Positions 20,701 through 28,356 of a stretch of 33,831 nucleotides of DNA are shown here, piece by piece. How positions within the stretch are numbered: position 1 is the stretch's first letter; every line of letters starts with the position of its first letter. The notes beneath the pieces were generated by a model. That model was not told the DNA's origin. It searched no databases and saw only the letters and a list, made by a program, of their open reading frames with translations. The position numbers and the translations under genes were made by a program. Source of the stretch: an uncultured Oscillospiraceae bacterium (GTDB lineage: Bacteria; Bacillota; Clostridia; Saccharofermentanales; Fastidiosipilaceae); assembly GCA_964468675.1 (NCBI GenBank), contig CAYXVJ010000002.1, positions 1 to 33,831 of the forward strand, read 5' to 3'.

Positions 20701-20870
20701 AAAGCTATGGTCAAAGCGAGAATAGTTCACTAGAACTTGCCTTTACGCCAAAGCGTGTTGTGGAGGTCAATCTCTTAGAAGAAGAGATCCAAGAAGCAAC
20801 AGTTGATGGACAAGAGATTCAATTTAGTTTGAAGCCTTTTGAGATAAAGACTTTCTTGATCGAGCGTTAA
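17724..20870 (+). CDS. GH38 alpha-mannosidase
   Basis: The N-terminal catalytic motif is AVGHTHIDVAWLW and the size is 1048 aa. Also present are WLPDVFGYS, ELYLEYHRGTYTS and NQFHDILPG. An AGAGGA RBS precedes the start. Confidence 0.92.
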   Translation: MQFLYERIRRLTRDLSTLRYPETLNLSDFRYKKLSDKLADVTSLDSSDWPVIEKNQVVRGDRYEYYYFVKEVTIPENFDGKTVAFHISTAQDGTWDSINPQLLLFVNGKLRLGFDEFHHEAILTEEAKAGETFKLVLQAFTGDGNFRMLLDTKLRVLDRQTEKYYYDVKVPLDIAQLLPFDSDVHYQIINALNESLNLLDLRIPGNKAYRKTLAIAQEYLDKNFYEKYGDENKTPLIYAVGHTHIDVAWLWTLAVTEDKTVRSFASVLELMREYPEYTFMSSTPQLYMYIEKHDPKLFKEIQERVAEGRWEVEGAMFLEADCNIASGEALVRQITGGKRYFKDKFNKTNEIFWLPDVFGYSAALPQILQQSGVPYFMTTKISWSETNKMPYDTFEWQGIDGSKVLTHFIPTREYGRKAIPGHFANAHFTTYNGDLTISQAMGSWERYTDKNLNDFVLMAYGHGDGGGGTTREMIENGRRLAKGLPGAPRLKFSTVTEFFKKLDETVSGNRHLPRWSGELYLEYHRGTYTSMGRNKKYNRRSEYALQNLEFYASLAGLLADAPYPTAILEEGWEILMRNQFHDILPGTSIKEVYDDSDREYARLADIVGSASSELQSKIVKAVGLGTKEIMIFNPTGFKQNGVVYLDEANVGVNKDGLAYPVQSTRDGRAFFFAKDVPAFGYAVYQLTDEISSAQDLGDVDPDGFVIENDFYKVEFNDLGQFRSIFDKQAMREVLKPGEAGNVIMSYEDRPHNYENWDINNYYVEKSWPVDGLTKFAVVENGPLRQTIRIERPYLDSTVTQEVHLYKDSPRIDIDHDIDWKQERIMMKALFPVNVYTHEATFEIQYGHVKRQTHHNTSWDEARFEVPVHKWLNVSEYGYGVSFLNDAKYGCHVRDSVVGLTLLKSGTDPHPKADQERHTFTLSLMAHTGTWQEAGVLAEAYNLNNPLLAVRGEEDSSNETKALYSFVRSKSPGATVEVVKKAEDSDNLIVRLYESYGQSENSSLELAFTPKRVVEVNLLEEEIQEATVDGQEIQFSLKPFEIKTFLIER

Positions 20871-20904
20871 GAAAAATCTTCTATCAGATTCATAAACTTT
20901 GAAG

Positions 20905-20935
20905 AGAGCTGTGCTGTAAGAGGTGCAGCTCTTTT
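20905..20935 (+). terminator. Rho-independent terminator after the mannosidase gene
   Basis: AGAGCTG (20905-20911) pairs with CAGCTCT (20926-20932), followed by TTTT. Confidence 0.55.
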
Positions 20936-21030
20936 GCTATACAATCTAAGATACGTAGCAAAGTATGACCTCTCTTTAAATCCAGTATAATGAGGGGGAC
21001 GTGTCTATTATGACAAAGGAGGCCAGATGT

Positions 21031-21852
21031 ATGTTAGATCAATTGACGAAGAGGCTCGCTGATTTTATAGCATTGGATCAAGATAATATTGAACTGCCAG
21101 ATGTTGCGGTAGTATTGGGATCAGGTTTATCTCAAATTGCAGACTATCTTAAAGATCCTAAAGAGTTGTCGTTTGACGACGCGCCAGGGATGAAGCGATC
21201 AGGAACTACAGGGCATCCAGGACGTTTTATACTAGGTGAGATTGCGAATAAGAAAGTTTTATTTATGCAAGGCAGGATGCACTACTATGAAGGGCATAGT
21301 ATTCAAGATGTGGTCTTGCCCATTCGTGCAATGGCTAAGCTTGGGATCAATAATCTGGTGTTGACGAATGCAGCAGGGGCTGTGAATCGCGCCTATAAGC
21401 CAGGGAACATCATGTTGATTAAAGATCACATTAGTCTGTTTTGTCCATCACCACTTCGTGGACCCAATATGGATGATTTAGGGCCGAGGTTTCCAGATCA
21501 AACACATGTCTATGATCCAATTTTCATCCAAAGGGTGAAGGAAGTTGCACTTGAGGCAAATGTCCGCCTGAGAGAGGGCGTATATTGCTACACACAAGGG
21601 CCGCAATATGAGACCCCAGCAGAGATTGATCTCATTGGAAGGCTTGGGGCAGATGCAGTTGGTATGTCAACTGTACCAGAAGCGATCGTTGCATCCCATG
21701 CCGGTATGCGGGTCTTAGCTTTATCAGGCATTACAAATATGGCAGCTGGTATATCTGTTGCAGCCTTGAGTCACGAGGACGTGATGCAAGCAGGCAGAAA
21801 GCTAGGTCTTGATGTCTTAAAAATCCTTATAGGTATCTTGCCGAAGTTGTGA
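21031..21852 (+). CDS. punA: Purine nucleoside phosphorylase (PunA-type, trimeric family)
   Basis: ATG 21031 lies 8 nt after AAGGAGG. Motifs are LGSGLS, MQGRMHYYEGH, VLTNAAGA, DHISL, GPRFPD, GMSTVPE. A consensus TATAAT at 20986-20991 lies upstream. Confidence 0.9.
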   Translation: MLDQLTKRLADFIALDQDNIELPDVAVVLGSGLSQIADYLKDPKELSFDDAPGMKRSGTTGHPGRFILGEIANKKVLFMQGRMHYYEGHSIQDVVLPIRAMAKLGINNLVLTNAAGAVNRAYKPGNIMLIKDHISLFCPSPLRGPNMDDLGPRFPDQTHVYDPIFIQRVKEVALEANVRLREGVYCYTQGPQYETPAEIDLIGRLGADAVGMSTVPEAIVASHAGMRVLALSGITNMAAGISVAALSHEDVMQAGRKLGLDVLKILIGILPKL

Positions 21853-21921
21853 TGACGCTGAGTGAACAGAATCCAACATTATACACTTGAAATAAATAGA
21901 CTAACGTAGTAGTGTTAATCA

Positions 21922-24900
21922 ATGAAACAGTTACTATTTAGACATAGCGTGAAAAATCTTTATAGGTCACCTGGTAAAACACTACTTTATATGGTCTTGA
22001 TTGCTGCGTTGACAGCTTTGCTTTGTCTTGAGATGTCTGTGTACGTCTCAGTGAATCATTTCTTAGATGAAGCACAAACTGTTTATACTACCATTGCTCA
22101 ATTTGAATATTTAGGAGAGCACTATCCAAACGCAACAATTAGGGATCCAAAAAGACAAGAGGTACAAGCTAGCCTTGAAGAGATAGGCGCGTTCAGCCAC
22201 GAGGCTGTGCGTAACGTGAATATGAAATCTGCCATCTTGGGACGCTTGAGTCGGGTCGATACTGGTGAGACAATTGACCGTATTCGGAATGTCACGCCTT
22301 ATCTGGATGAATCCGTTTTGATAGTTACTGCTCAAAAATCGACTAGTTTTCGAGAGGACTTACCTCGCGTCATTATCAACGAAGCGCTATACTCCTTTAG
22401 GAGCCATGAAGGTAAAATAGCAAATATTTCTATAGATGACTACGAATTTATCCCAGGGCATCAATACTTGATTCACGGTTCTTTTTACTCGGGTGTTACA
22501 TCTGATCCTTATTTTAGAGTTGAGCCCTTTACCTTAAGTGTGACGGATGAGACTTTGGAGATTGAAGAGAGCAAGGTCGTTGATCTTGGGCCCAATTGGG
22601 ATGGCACGATACCAGAAGATAGCGTCATGCAAGACATTGCAGATACCTATCGTGTGTTGAATAATTCAGTTGAAGTCTTTGCTAGTGATAACTTGGATAT
22701 TGAACTTGCTTTCCACCAACAGCGCTTATACCCGATAGAAGGCCGTCTGTTTACAGAAGCAGAATACAACAGTGGCTATCCAGGTATCTTAATATCGAAA
22801 CTCTTATCTGAAAAGTTAGGTCTAGGTGTTGGCGAGCACTTGATGCTCGATGTGAGCGATAAGGAAGCAGATTCCTTATTGGAGAGCTATTGGGCTAAAG
22901 ATGGTTTTACAGTAAGAAGTGAATTTGAGATTATTGGTATCTTGAACGATGTGAAGGAAACACAACATCAAGTCTATATCCCGAAGAGTGAGCAGTTTTA
23001 TAACGAGCATGGTAACTTTGGTTATACATTAGCGACAGTAGAAATCGAGAATGCATCCAGAGATCAATACTTTGACAGTATAGATCCTGCCTTACCACCT
23101 TTAGTTCGTATGACGATTTACGATCAAGGCTATGCAGCAGTTACCGACTCCTTCCACGATATTTTAAGAAGTACAGTATTAGTCTTAGTTGCCAGTATGC
23201 TGGCAGGCTTCATGCTCTTACTACTGTTCGCTTATATGTCTATTTATAGAGAACGTGAGAATGCCAGAGTCTTAATGAGACTAGGCGGATCTAGTAGTCA
23301 AGTAGAGCGCTTTATGATGTACTTACCTGCCTTGATCGCGCTTATGGCGAGCGCATTAGGTGCTTACATTGCTTATCTAGTATCCGATCTAGTTTTAGCA
23401 ATGGTCGTAGGTATGACTGAATCCTCTAGAAGCTCTAACTTGAGTTACAGTATTACGAATTTATCGATTCATAAAGACTTATCGTATGAAAGCTATACGG
23501 ATCCAGCAGTCTTTATCGAGACAGCCGCCATTGTATTTGTTGTAGCCCTTATCTTGTGCTATATCATTTTGCGTTTTGTCCAACGAAAGCCAAAACCTAA
23601 AAAGCTAAAACGAAGTCGTGTTAGGCATATAAGCACATCAAGATCACTCAAAGGTGGTGCACTTCGTTATGCAAGCCTTTCTATGGCAAGGTCTGGCATG
23701 AGAGCTGTTTTACCTTTCGCTGTCGCTTTGGCAGCAACAAGCCTACTCTTACAGATGGCAAGTGTTGAGGAGAGTACAGCTAAAGACTTAGAGACACTGC
23801 GTAATGACTATGAGATAAGTGGATACTTTACAACGATAGATGGTCAAGACCATCAAGATTTGATGGTGAATTTATACCCCCTACAAGATGTGGTGGATAC
23901 AAAGCTCTTAGATCAAGTGACCGTGACCTTGGATAACCATTTCTGGTTGAACCAGCGTTTCAGTGCCGATAACGAGTGGTTAGAGGACTATTCAATGCCT
24001 GAGTTTGCGGATACTGGATTTGGTCAAGAAACATTTATGAATCAGCTGATGGCACAGCCAAAACTTGTGTTTACCAATGATTTTAGGCAGTCCCCTGACT
24101 TTATGTATGCAGATACTGTAATGACTGAGTTCATGGATGGGTATTCAGAGGAAGATTTTGGAGCAAATAGTCTAGTAGATTTTGATAAGACCATCGGCGT
24201 TATACCGAAGCGCATGATGGAAGATAAAAACATTGAACTTGGTGATGTATTAGGGATGACGATATTGGATGGTCGTGGAACAAGTTGGTTCTCTTTTCAG
24301 GTTGTCGGTCACTATCAAAGTGATGGCTTTGACGATAGCTTGTATGTGCCACTTGCTTTCCGAATCACTCCTCGTATGCTCAGTTCAGAATATGAAGTGC
24401 AAGATCTTCATTTAGATATCCCGATGTATGCCTATTCGTACTGGGATGGCCAGCAATATTTCACTGGTGCCATTGATTTTAAGAGTGTGTCCTTCTCGCT
24501 ATTTAGTAGGGATCTAGATGATTTCAAGGAAGCTTTGAAGGATGAAGGCTTTTCAGAGGTAAACCGCATCGGTCGCCAACGTTACTTCGTTGTTATTTCT
24601 GATGCCCAATATCTAAGAACTGAAGCATCACTGACGCAGCGTCTAAACTACATGAATGTCTTATATCCAGTCATTTATGCTTTGACCTATATACTAGCCC
24701 TCGTCATCCCCTTCATTATGATACTCGTCAGACGTCGTGAGATATCGGTGATGCGCCAGACAGGCACACCGTACATGCGTGTCTTTATGAGTTTCTTCTT
24801 AGAACTATTCATATTGGGTATGGTAGGGGTTGCTTTGGCGTTCGCACTAAGGCATGTATTCAATTTGCCGTTTAGCGTGGACAGCAATCGCTTGGGTCAA

Positions 24901-24990
24901 ATCTTTAGTGTTTGTTGGATCCTTGCAAGTGCCTTTAGTATCTTTATCTTGACCAGAGGACCTATTCGTAAGGTGGGTACTGGAGAGTAA
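21922..24990 (+). CDS. ABC transporter permease with two FtsX-like modules (MacB-type), 1022 aa
   Basis: An N-terminal TM helix is followed by a large extracytoplasmic domain and a 3-TM bundle (about aa 415-560). A second TM helix (about aa 600), a second large loop and a C-terminal 3-TM bundle follow. The N-terminus FRHSVKNLYRSPGKTLL is typical of FtsX-family permeases. Confidence 0.8.
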   Translation: MKQLLFRHSVKNLYRSPGKTLLYMVLIAALTALLCLEMSVYVSVNHFLDEAQTVYTTIAQFEYLGEHYPNATIRDPKRQEVQASLEEIGAFSHEAVRNVNMKSAILGRLSRVDTGETIDRIRNVTPYLDESVLIVTAQKSTSFREDLPRVIINEALYSFRSHEGKIANISIDDYEFIPGHQYLIHGSFYSGVTSDPYFRVEPFTLSVTDETLEIEESKVVDLGPNWDGTIPEDSVMQDIADTYRVLNNSVEVFASDNLDIELAFHQQRLYPIEGRLFTEAEYNSGYPGILISKLLSEKLGLGVGEHLMLDVSDKEADSLLESYWAKDGFTVRSEFEIIGILNDVKETQHQVYIPKSEQFYNEHGNFGYTLATVEIENASRDQYFDSIDPALPPLVRMTIYDQGYAAVTDSFHDILRSTVLVLVASMLAGFMLLLLFAYMSIYRERENARVLMRLGGSSSQVERFMMYLPALIALMASALGAYIAYLVSDLVLAMVVGMTESSRSSNLSYSITNLSIHKDLSYESYTDPAVFIETAAIVFVVALILCYIILRFVQRKPKPKKLKRSRVRHISTSRSLKGGALRYASLSMARSGMRAVLPFAVALAATSLLLQMASVEESTAKDLETLRNDYEISGYFTTIDGQDHQDLMVNLYPLQDVVDTKLLDQVTVTLDNHFWLNQRFSADNEWLEDYSMPEFADTGFGQETFMNQLMAQPKLVFTNDFRQSPDFMYADTVMTEFMDGYSEEDFGANSLVDFDKTIGVIPKRMMEDKNIELGDVLGMTILDGRGTSWFSFQVVGHYQSDGFDDSLYVPLAFRITPRMLSSEYEVQDLHLDIPMYAYSYWDGQQYFTGAIDFKSVSFSLFSRDLDDFKEALKDEGFSEVNRIGRQRYFVVISDAQYLRTEASLTQRLNYMNVLYPVIYALTYILALVIPFIMILVRRREISVMRQTGTPYMRVFMSFFLELFILGMVGVALAFALRHVFNLPFSVDSNRLGQIFSVCWILASAFSIFILTRGPIRKVGTGE

Positions 24991-25064
24991 GATTAAAACT
25001 TAAAATCTATACTTGATACTTAAAGATAAGTTTAAGAGCTATAGATTGAAAGCTTAGAACAATA

Positions 25065-25095
25065 AAGCGGATGAACCTAAAAGATGCATCCGCTT
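25065..25095 (-). terminator. Rho-independent terminator downstream of ohr
   Basis: AAGCGGATG (25065-25073) pairs with CATCCGCTT (25087-25095). On the minus strand the stem is followed by TTATTGTT. Confidence 0.6.
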
Positions 25096-25121
25096 ACACA
25101 CAAAATGATGGAGTGAGGCAG

Positions 25122-25541
25122 TTAATCTGCTTCAACGACTTCGAGCTCAACATCGATATTGCCTCTAGTAGCCTTTGAGTAAGGGCAAAAATCATGAGCT
25201 TGTTCTGTGAAACGCCGTGCGTCTTCCAGGTTCAGTCCCTTAATTGCTACGACTAAGGTGACGCCGATCCTGAAGCCACTATCGCTAGGATCTTCTAAGA
25301 GACGGACTTTGGCAGTGACGCTAGTAGATTCGTACTTTGCCCGTCCTTGTCTCAGTTTGAGTTCTAGTGCACCATTGAAACAAGAACTGTAACCAGCTGC
25401 AAACAGCTGCTCTGGATCGGTTGCATCAGAAATCTTCTTCTCTGGTGGAGCGATCTTGAGCTTTAAAGAACCGTCTGGTGCTTCGACATTGCCTTCGCGA
25501 CCACCTGTATTTGTCATCGTCGCTTCGTATAAAACCTTCAT
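25122..25541 (-). CDS. ohr: Organic hydroperoxide resistance protein (Ohr subfamily of OsmC/Ohr)
   Basis: Motifs are TGGREGNV, PEQLFAAGYSSCF (first Cys) and HDFCPYSKATRGNIDV (second Cys). An AAAGGAGA RBS precedes the start. Confidence 0.9.
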   Translation of the reverse strand: MKVLYEATMTNTGGREGNVEAPDGSLKLKIAPPEKKISDATDPEQLFAAGYSSCFNGALELKLRQGRAKYESTSVTAKVRLLEDPSDSGFRIGVTLVVAIKGLNLEDARRFTEQAHDFCPYSKATRGNIDVELEVVEAD

Positions 25542-25643
25542 ATGGGTCTCCTTTCGCTACGTGATATATGTCTAGTTTAGCAAAAGCATCTACTATGAGC
25601 GGTGACTAATCTTACAGGGAATTCGTGTTCGCAAATCGCATGC

Positions 25644-25673
25644 ATGATACAATTGTGTAAAAGCACGTTTGAA
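25644..25673. promoter_or_regulatory. Candidate face-to-face promoters sharing an ACAATTGT palindrome
   Basis: On the plus strand there is an extended -10, TGaTACAAT (25645-25653), upstream of the ABC ATPase gene. On the minus strand there is TTCAAA (25668-25673), 18 nt, then TATCAT (25644-25649), upstream of ohr. The 8-bp palindrome ACAATTGT (25649-25656) overlaps both -10 elements. Confidence 0.3.
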
Positions 25674-25684
25674 AGGGGATAAAG

Positions 25685-26368
25685 ATGGCCTTACTAGAAG
25701 TAAGAGAAGTACGTTATGGCTACCGCACTCAAGAGGAGAGCAAGGAAGTATTAAAAGGTAGTAGTTGTAAATTCGAAACTGGGAAGACCTATTCGATTGT
25801 CGGTAAGTCTGGAAGTGGTAAGAGTACCCTTTTATCCTTAATGGCAGGTTTAGATGTGCCTCATTCAGGCGAAATCCTCTTCGATGGACAAGCTACAACG
25901 GATTTGAATCGTAACTTATATAGAAGAAGTCAAGTCGGTATTATCTACCAAGACTTTAGTCTGTTTCCACTCTTAACAGTGCTAGAGAACATTATGTACC
26001 CGATGAATTTAAATAAAGTGGATCCCAAAGAAGCTAGACGGATCGCCATTGAATTGGCTGAGAAGGTAGGTTTACCAGAGTCCTTATACCACCGTTATCC
26101 CAGTAAGATTAGTGGTGGTGAGCAACAGCGTGTAGCGATCGCTCGTGCTTTGACGATGGATCGTCGTTTACTATTGGCCGATGAGCCAACTGGTAACCTG
26201 GATAGTGAGAACAGCCGCAATATTATGGATATCTTAACGAAGCTTGCCCATGAAGATCAATGCTGTGTCATTATTGTCACGCATGACTTGTCGATCATGG
26301 CAGAAACTGATGAAGTGTATCAGATTATTGATGGTCAGATCTTGAAGCAAGAACTAAGCATTAGCTAA
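25685..26368 (+). CDS. ABC transporter ATP-binding protein, LolD/MacB/FtsE-type
   Basis: Walker A is GKSGSGKST, the signature is SGGEQQR, and Walker B plus the family hallmark reads [12 protein letters not shown]. The H-loop is VTHD. Confidence 0.92.
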   Translation: MALLEVREVRYGYRTQEESKEVLKGSSCKFETGKTYSIVGKSGSGKSTLLSLMAGLDVPHSGEILFDGQATTDLNRNLYRRSQVGIIYQDFSLFPLLTVLENIMYPMNLNKVDPKEARRIAIELAEKVGLPESLYHRYPSKISGGEQQRVAIARALTMDRRLLLADEPTGNLDSENSRNIMDILTKLAHEDQCCVIIVTHDLSIMAETDEVYQIIDGQILKQELSIS

Positions 26369-26894
26369 ATTCTTTTTCGAGTGCTAAGAGTTTGATCTTA
26401 TTCTCTAAGCCGCCTGAAAAACCTGTTAATTGACCATTTGCACCTAATACCCTGTGACAGGGAATGATGATGGAAATTGGATTATGGCCAACTGCTCCGC
26501 CTACTGCACGGCTGGAGTGCTTGGCCTTTTCTTTGTCTTTAGCAATATTTTTGGCAATCGCTCCATAGCAAGTCGTCTCGCCATAAGGGATCTTTAGAAG
26601 CTCTTCCCATACTGTTAATCTGAAGTCTGTACCCATTGGTTTTAGTGGTAATTCGTCACTACTAGGTTTTTGCCCTTTAAAATATCGATCTAGCCAATCT
26701 TTAACGTCTTGAAATATAGGTAGATCATCTTGTTCTTGTAATTGATCTTTAATCGCTCCACCAAAATGTTTTTGACCTTTCATCCAAAGGCCTATTAAAC
26801 ATATAGCATCTTTGTCTGTAGCCATAGTCAATGGCCCAATAGGTGAGGGAATGGTGCTGCTGTAATAGATCTGTTCCACTTCTCTTTGCTGCAT
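26361..26894 (-). CDS. ogt: Methylated-DNA--protein-cysteine methyltransferase (Ogt/MGMT)
   Basis: The active site is IIPCHRV, and the product also contains YGETTCYGAIA. An AAGGAG RBS precedes the start. The 3' end overlaps the convergent ATPase gene by 8 bp. Confidence 0.9.
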   Translation of the reverse strand: MQQREVEQIYYSSTIPSPIGPLTMATDKDAICLIGLWMKGQKHFGGAIKDQLQEQDDLPIFQDVKDWLDRYFKGQKPSSDELPLKPMGTDFRLTVWEELLKIPYGETTCYGAIAKNIAKDKEKAKHSSRAVGGAVGHNPISIIIPCHRVLGANGQLTGFSGGLENKIKLLALEKEFS

Positions 26895-27008
26895 GAGATC
26901 CTACTCCTTTTTTCGTGATAACTGTATTTTACTTCATACATGTTTTAGATTCATCTTTTTGCTTCTTTGCACATTATTTATAACATTTAATTGATTTGGC
27001 TTTAAAAG

Positions 27009-27049
27009 ATACATCTATGTTTGACGTTCATCTAACATAGATGTATTAT
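27009..27049 (+). promoter_or_regulatory. SigA-type promoter embedded in a 13-bp perfect inverted repeat (candidate ArsR-family operator)
   Basis: The -35 is TTGACG (27021-27026), the spacer is 17 nt, and the -10 is TATTAT (27044-27049). The inverted repeat is ATACATCTATGTT (27009-27021) / AACATAGATGTAT (27034-27046). A third half-site, GTACATCTA, lies at 27068-27076. Confidence 0.7.
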
Positions 27050-27111
27050 GAATCCATCAAAGCTGAAGTACATCTAATGAAGATGAGTCTGTAGTGCTAG
27101 GAGTGAAAGAG

Positions 27112-28356
27112 ATGAGTGAAGAGCGTAAATTGATTTCGATTAAAGAATGGCCTAAGGATAAGGTCCTGTGGCAAGCGCCAGATATGGCCTATGAAGCGGC
27201 CATCATTGGCATGACAACGCGTGGTGAACGTCCCTCATTTATTGATGACTCGGGCTACTTGTCTTCAAGAAGAGAAGATATGAGGGTACGTTTTAGAGCA
27301 CATCAAGATATAGTTTTTGACCTATTGGATAAAAGAGATGCCTATTTAGAAGACAAAGAAGAACTTGAATCCTTTTTGAGTTTGGATTTGGTAACGGATT
27401 CTAAATCGAAACTCTTCCATGATGTATTCATCATGTCTGCTGAATATGCTTCGGATATAGATACATGGACGAAAGACTTGCTTATCGAACGTATGACATC
27501 AGGATGGCAAAAGATTTTGGTCTTGATGCATGTAGATGCTAGGGATGAAGAAGACCTGCAGCACGAGATGGAAACGGCTGACGGCAATGACTTGGAAGCG
27601 ATGATGAAGGAATATGAGTCGCTCCAAAGATCACTTGATCTAGATGACTTAGGTACAGTCGTGAACATCATTATGAAGTCGAATAACGATGATGATGTGA
27701 AAGTGAAATTGATTGCCTTACAGCAAAAAAGACGAGAGATGTTTTCAAAGGCTGCAGATTTCTTCTTAACGATTATGCCAGACATCGCTAAGCTAATAGA
27801 GGCTTTATCAGATGAGATCAAAAAGATTCAAGCGATTGTGGATACAGAAGAGGAATGGTCCAAGATGCTTCACTATATCTCCTCATTTTTAGATATTGAT
27901 ATACGGTCAGAAGTGAAGATGAGCCTTAGGCCAACGGTCGTTCGCCCCAATGGCTTTAGCATGAACTATTCTAGATCAGGTGAAGTAGATCTGGCTTTAG
28001 GTCTTTACTTCCTTGACATAGCGATTGCAGCTGAAGAGACAGAAGAGGCCTTTGATGCCATTATTGATGGCGCAAAGCTCCTATCCGATCCAAGTCGCTT
28101 AAGAATCTTGCTTTTACTACAGCGAGGGCCTATGTATCTAAAAGAAATAGCAGATCACTTGGAATTGACGTCTGCTACTTGCTCGCACCATATGCAAAAT
28201 TTATTGAATCATGAATTGATTCGTATTGACGTTAAAAAGAAGAGTAGGCGTGTGTATTACAGCCTTCGGAAAGACTCATTTGATCGCTTAGGTTTTCTCA
28301 TTACATCATTAGGTCAGACACAAGATAATATTGGAGATACAAAAGATGAACGTTAA
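27112..28356 (+). CDS. ArsR/SmtB-family HTH regulator with a long (~320 aa) acidic N-terminal domain of unknown function
   Basis: ATG 27112 lies 8 nt after AGGAG. The C-terminal ~95 aa form a classic ArsR wHTH: LSDPSRLRILLLLQRGPMYLKEIADHLELTSATCSHHMQNLLNHELIRIDVKKKSRRVYYSL. I recognise no motif in the N-terminal part. Confidence 0.8.
   Translation: MSEERKLISIKEWPKDKVLWQAPDMAYEAAIIGMTTRGERPSFIDDSGYLSSRREDMRVRFRAHQDIVFDLLDKRDAYLEDKEELESFLSLDLVTDSKSKLFHDVFIMSAEYASDIDTWTKDLLIERMTSGWQKILVLMHVDARDEEDLQHEMETADGNDLEAMMKEYESLQRSLDLDDLGTVVNIIMKSNNDDDVKVKLIALQQKRREMFSKAADFFLTIMPDIAKLIEALSDEIKKIQAIVDTEEEWSKMLHYISSFLDIDIRSEVKMSLRPTVVRPNGFSMNYSRSGEVDLALGLYFLDIAIAAEETEEAFDAIIDGAKLLSDPSRLRILLLLQRGPMYLKEIADHLELTSATCSHHMQNLLNHELIRIDVKKKSRRVYYSLRKDSFDRLGFLITSLGQTQDNIGDTKDER

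Noticed and set aside
24991-25064. AATCTATA ... TATAGATT inverted repeat downstream of the FtsX permease gene as a possible insertion scar around ohr
   Set aside because: It has only 8 bp arms with a 28-nt AT-rich loop. No matching repeat lies on the other side of ohr, which is consistent with chance in AT-rich DNA.
27342-27821. 159-aa Ser-rich ORF on the - strand
   Set aside because: It is antisense to the Asp/Glu-rich part of the long ArsR gene (GAA/GAT codons read as TTC/ATC and similar, with TCx runs). It has no start context and lies wholly within a coupled operon gene.
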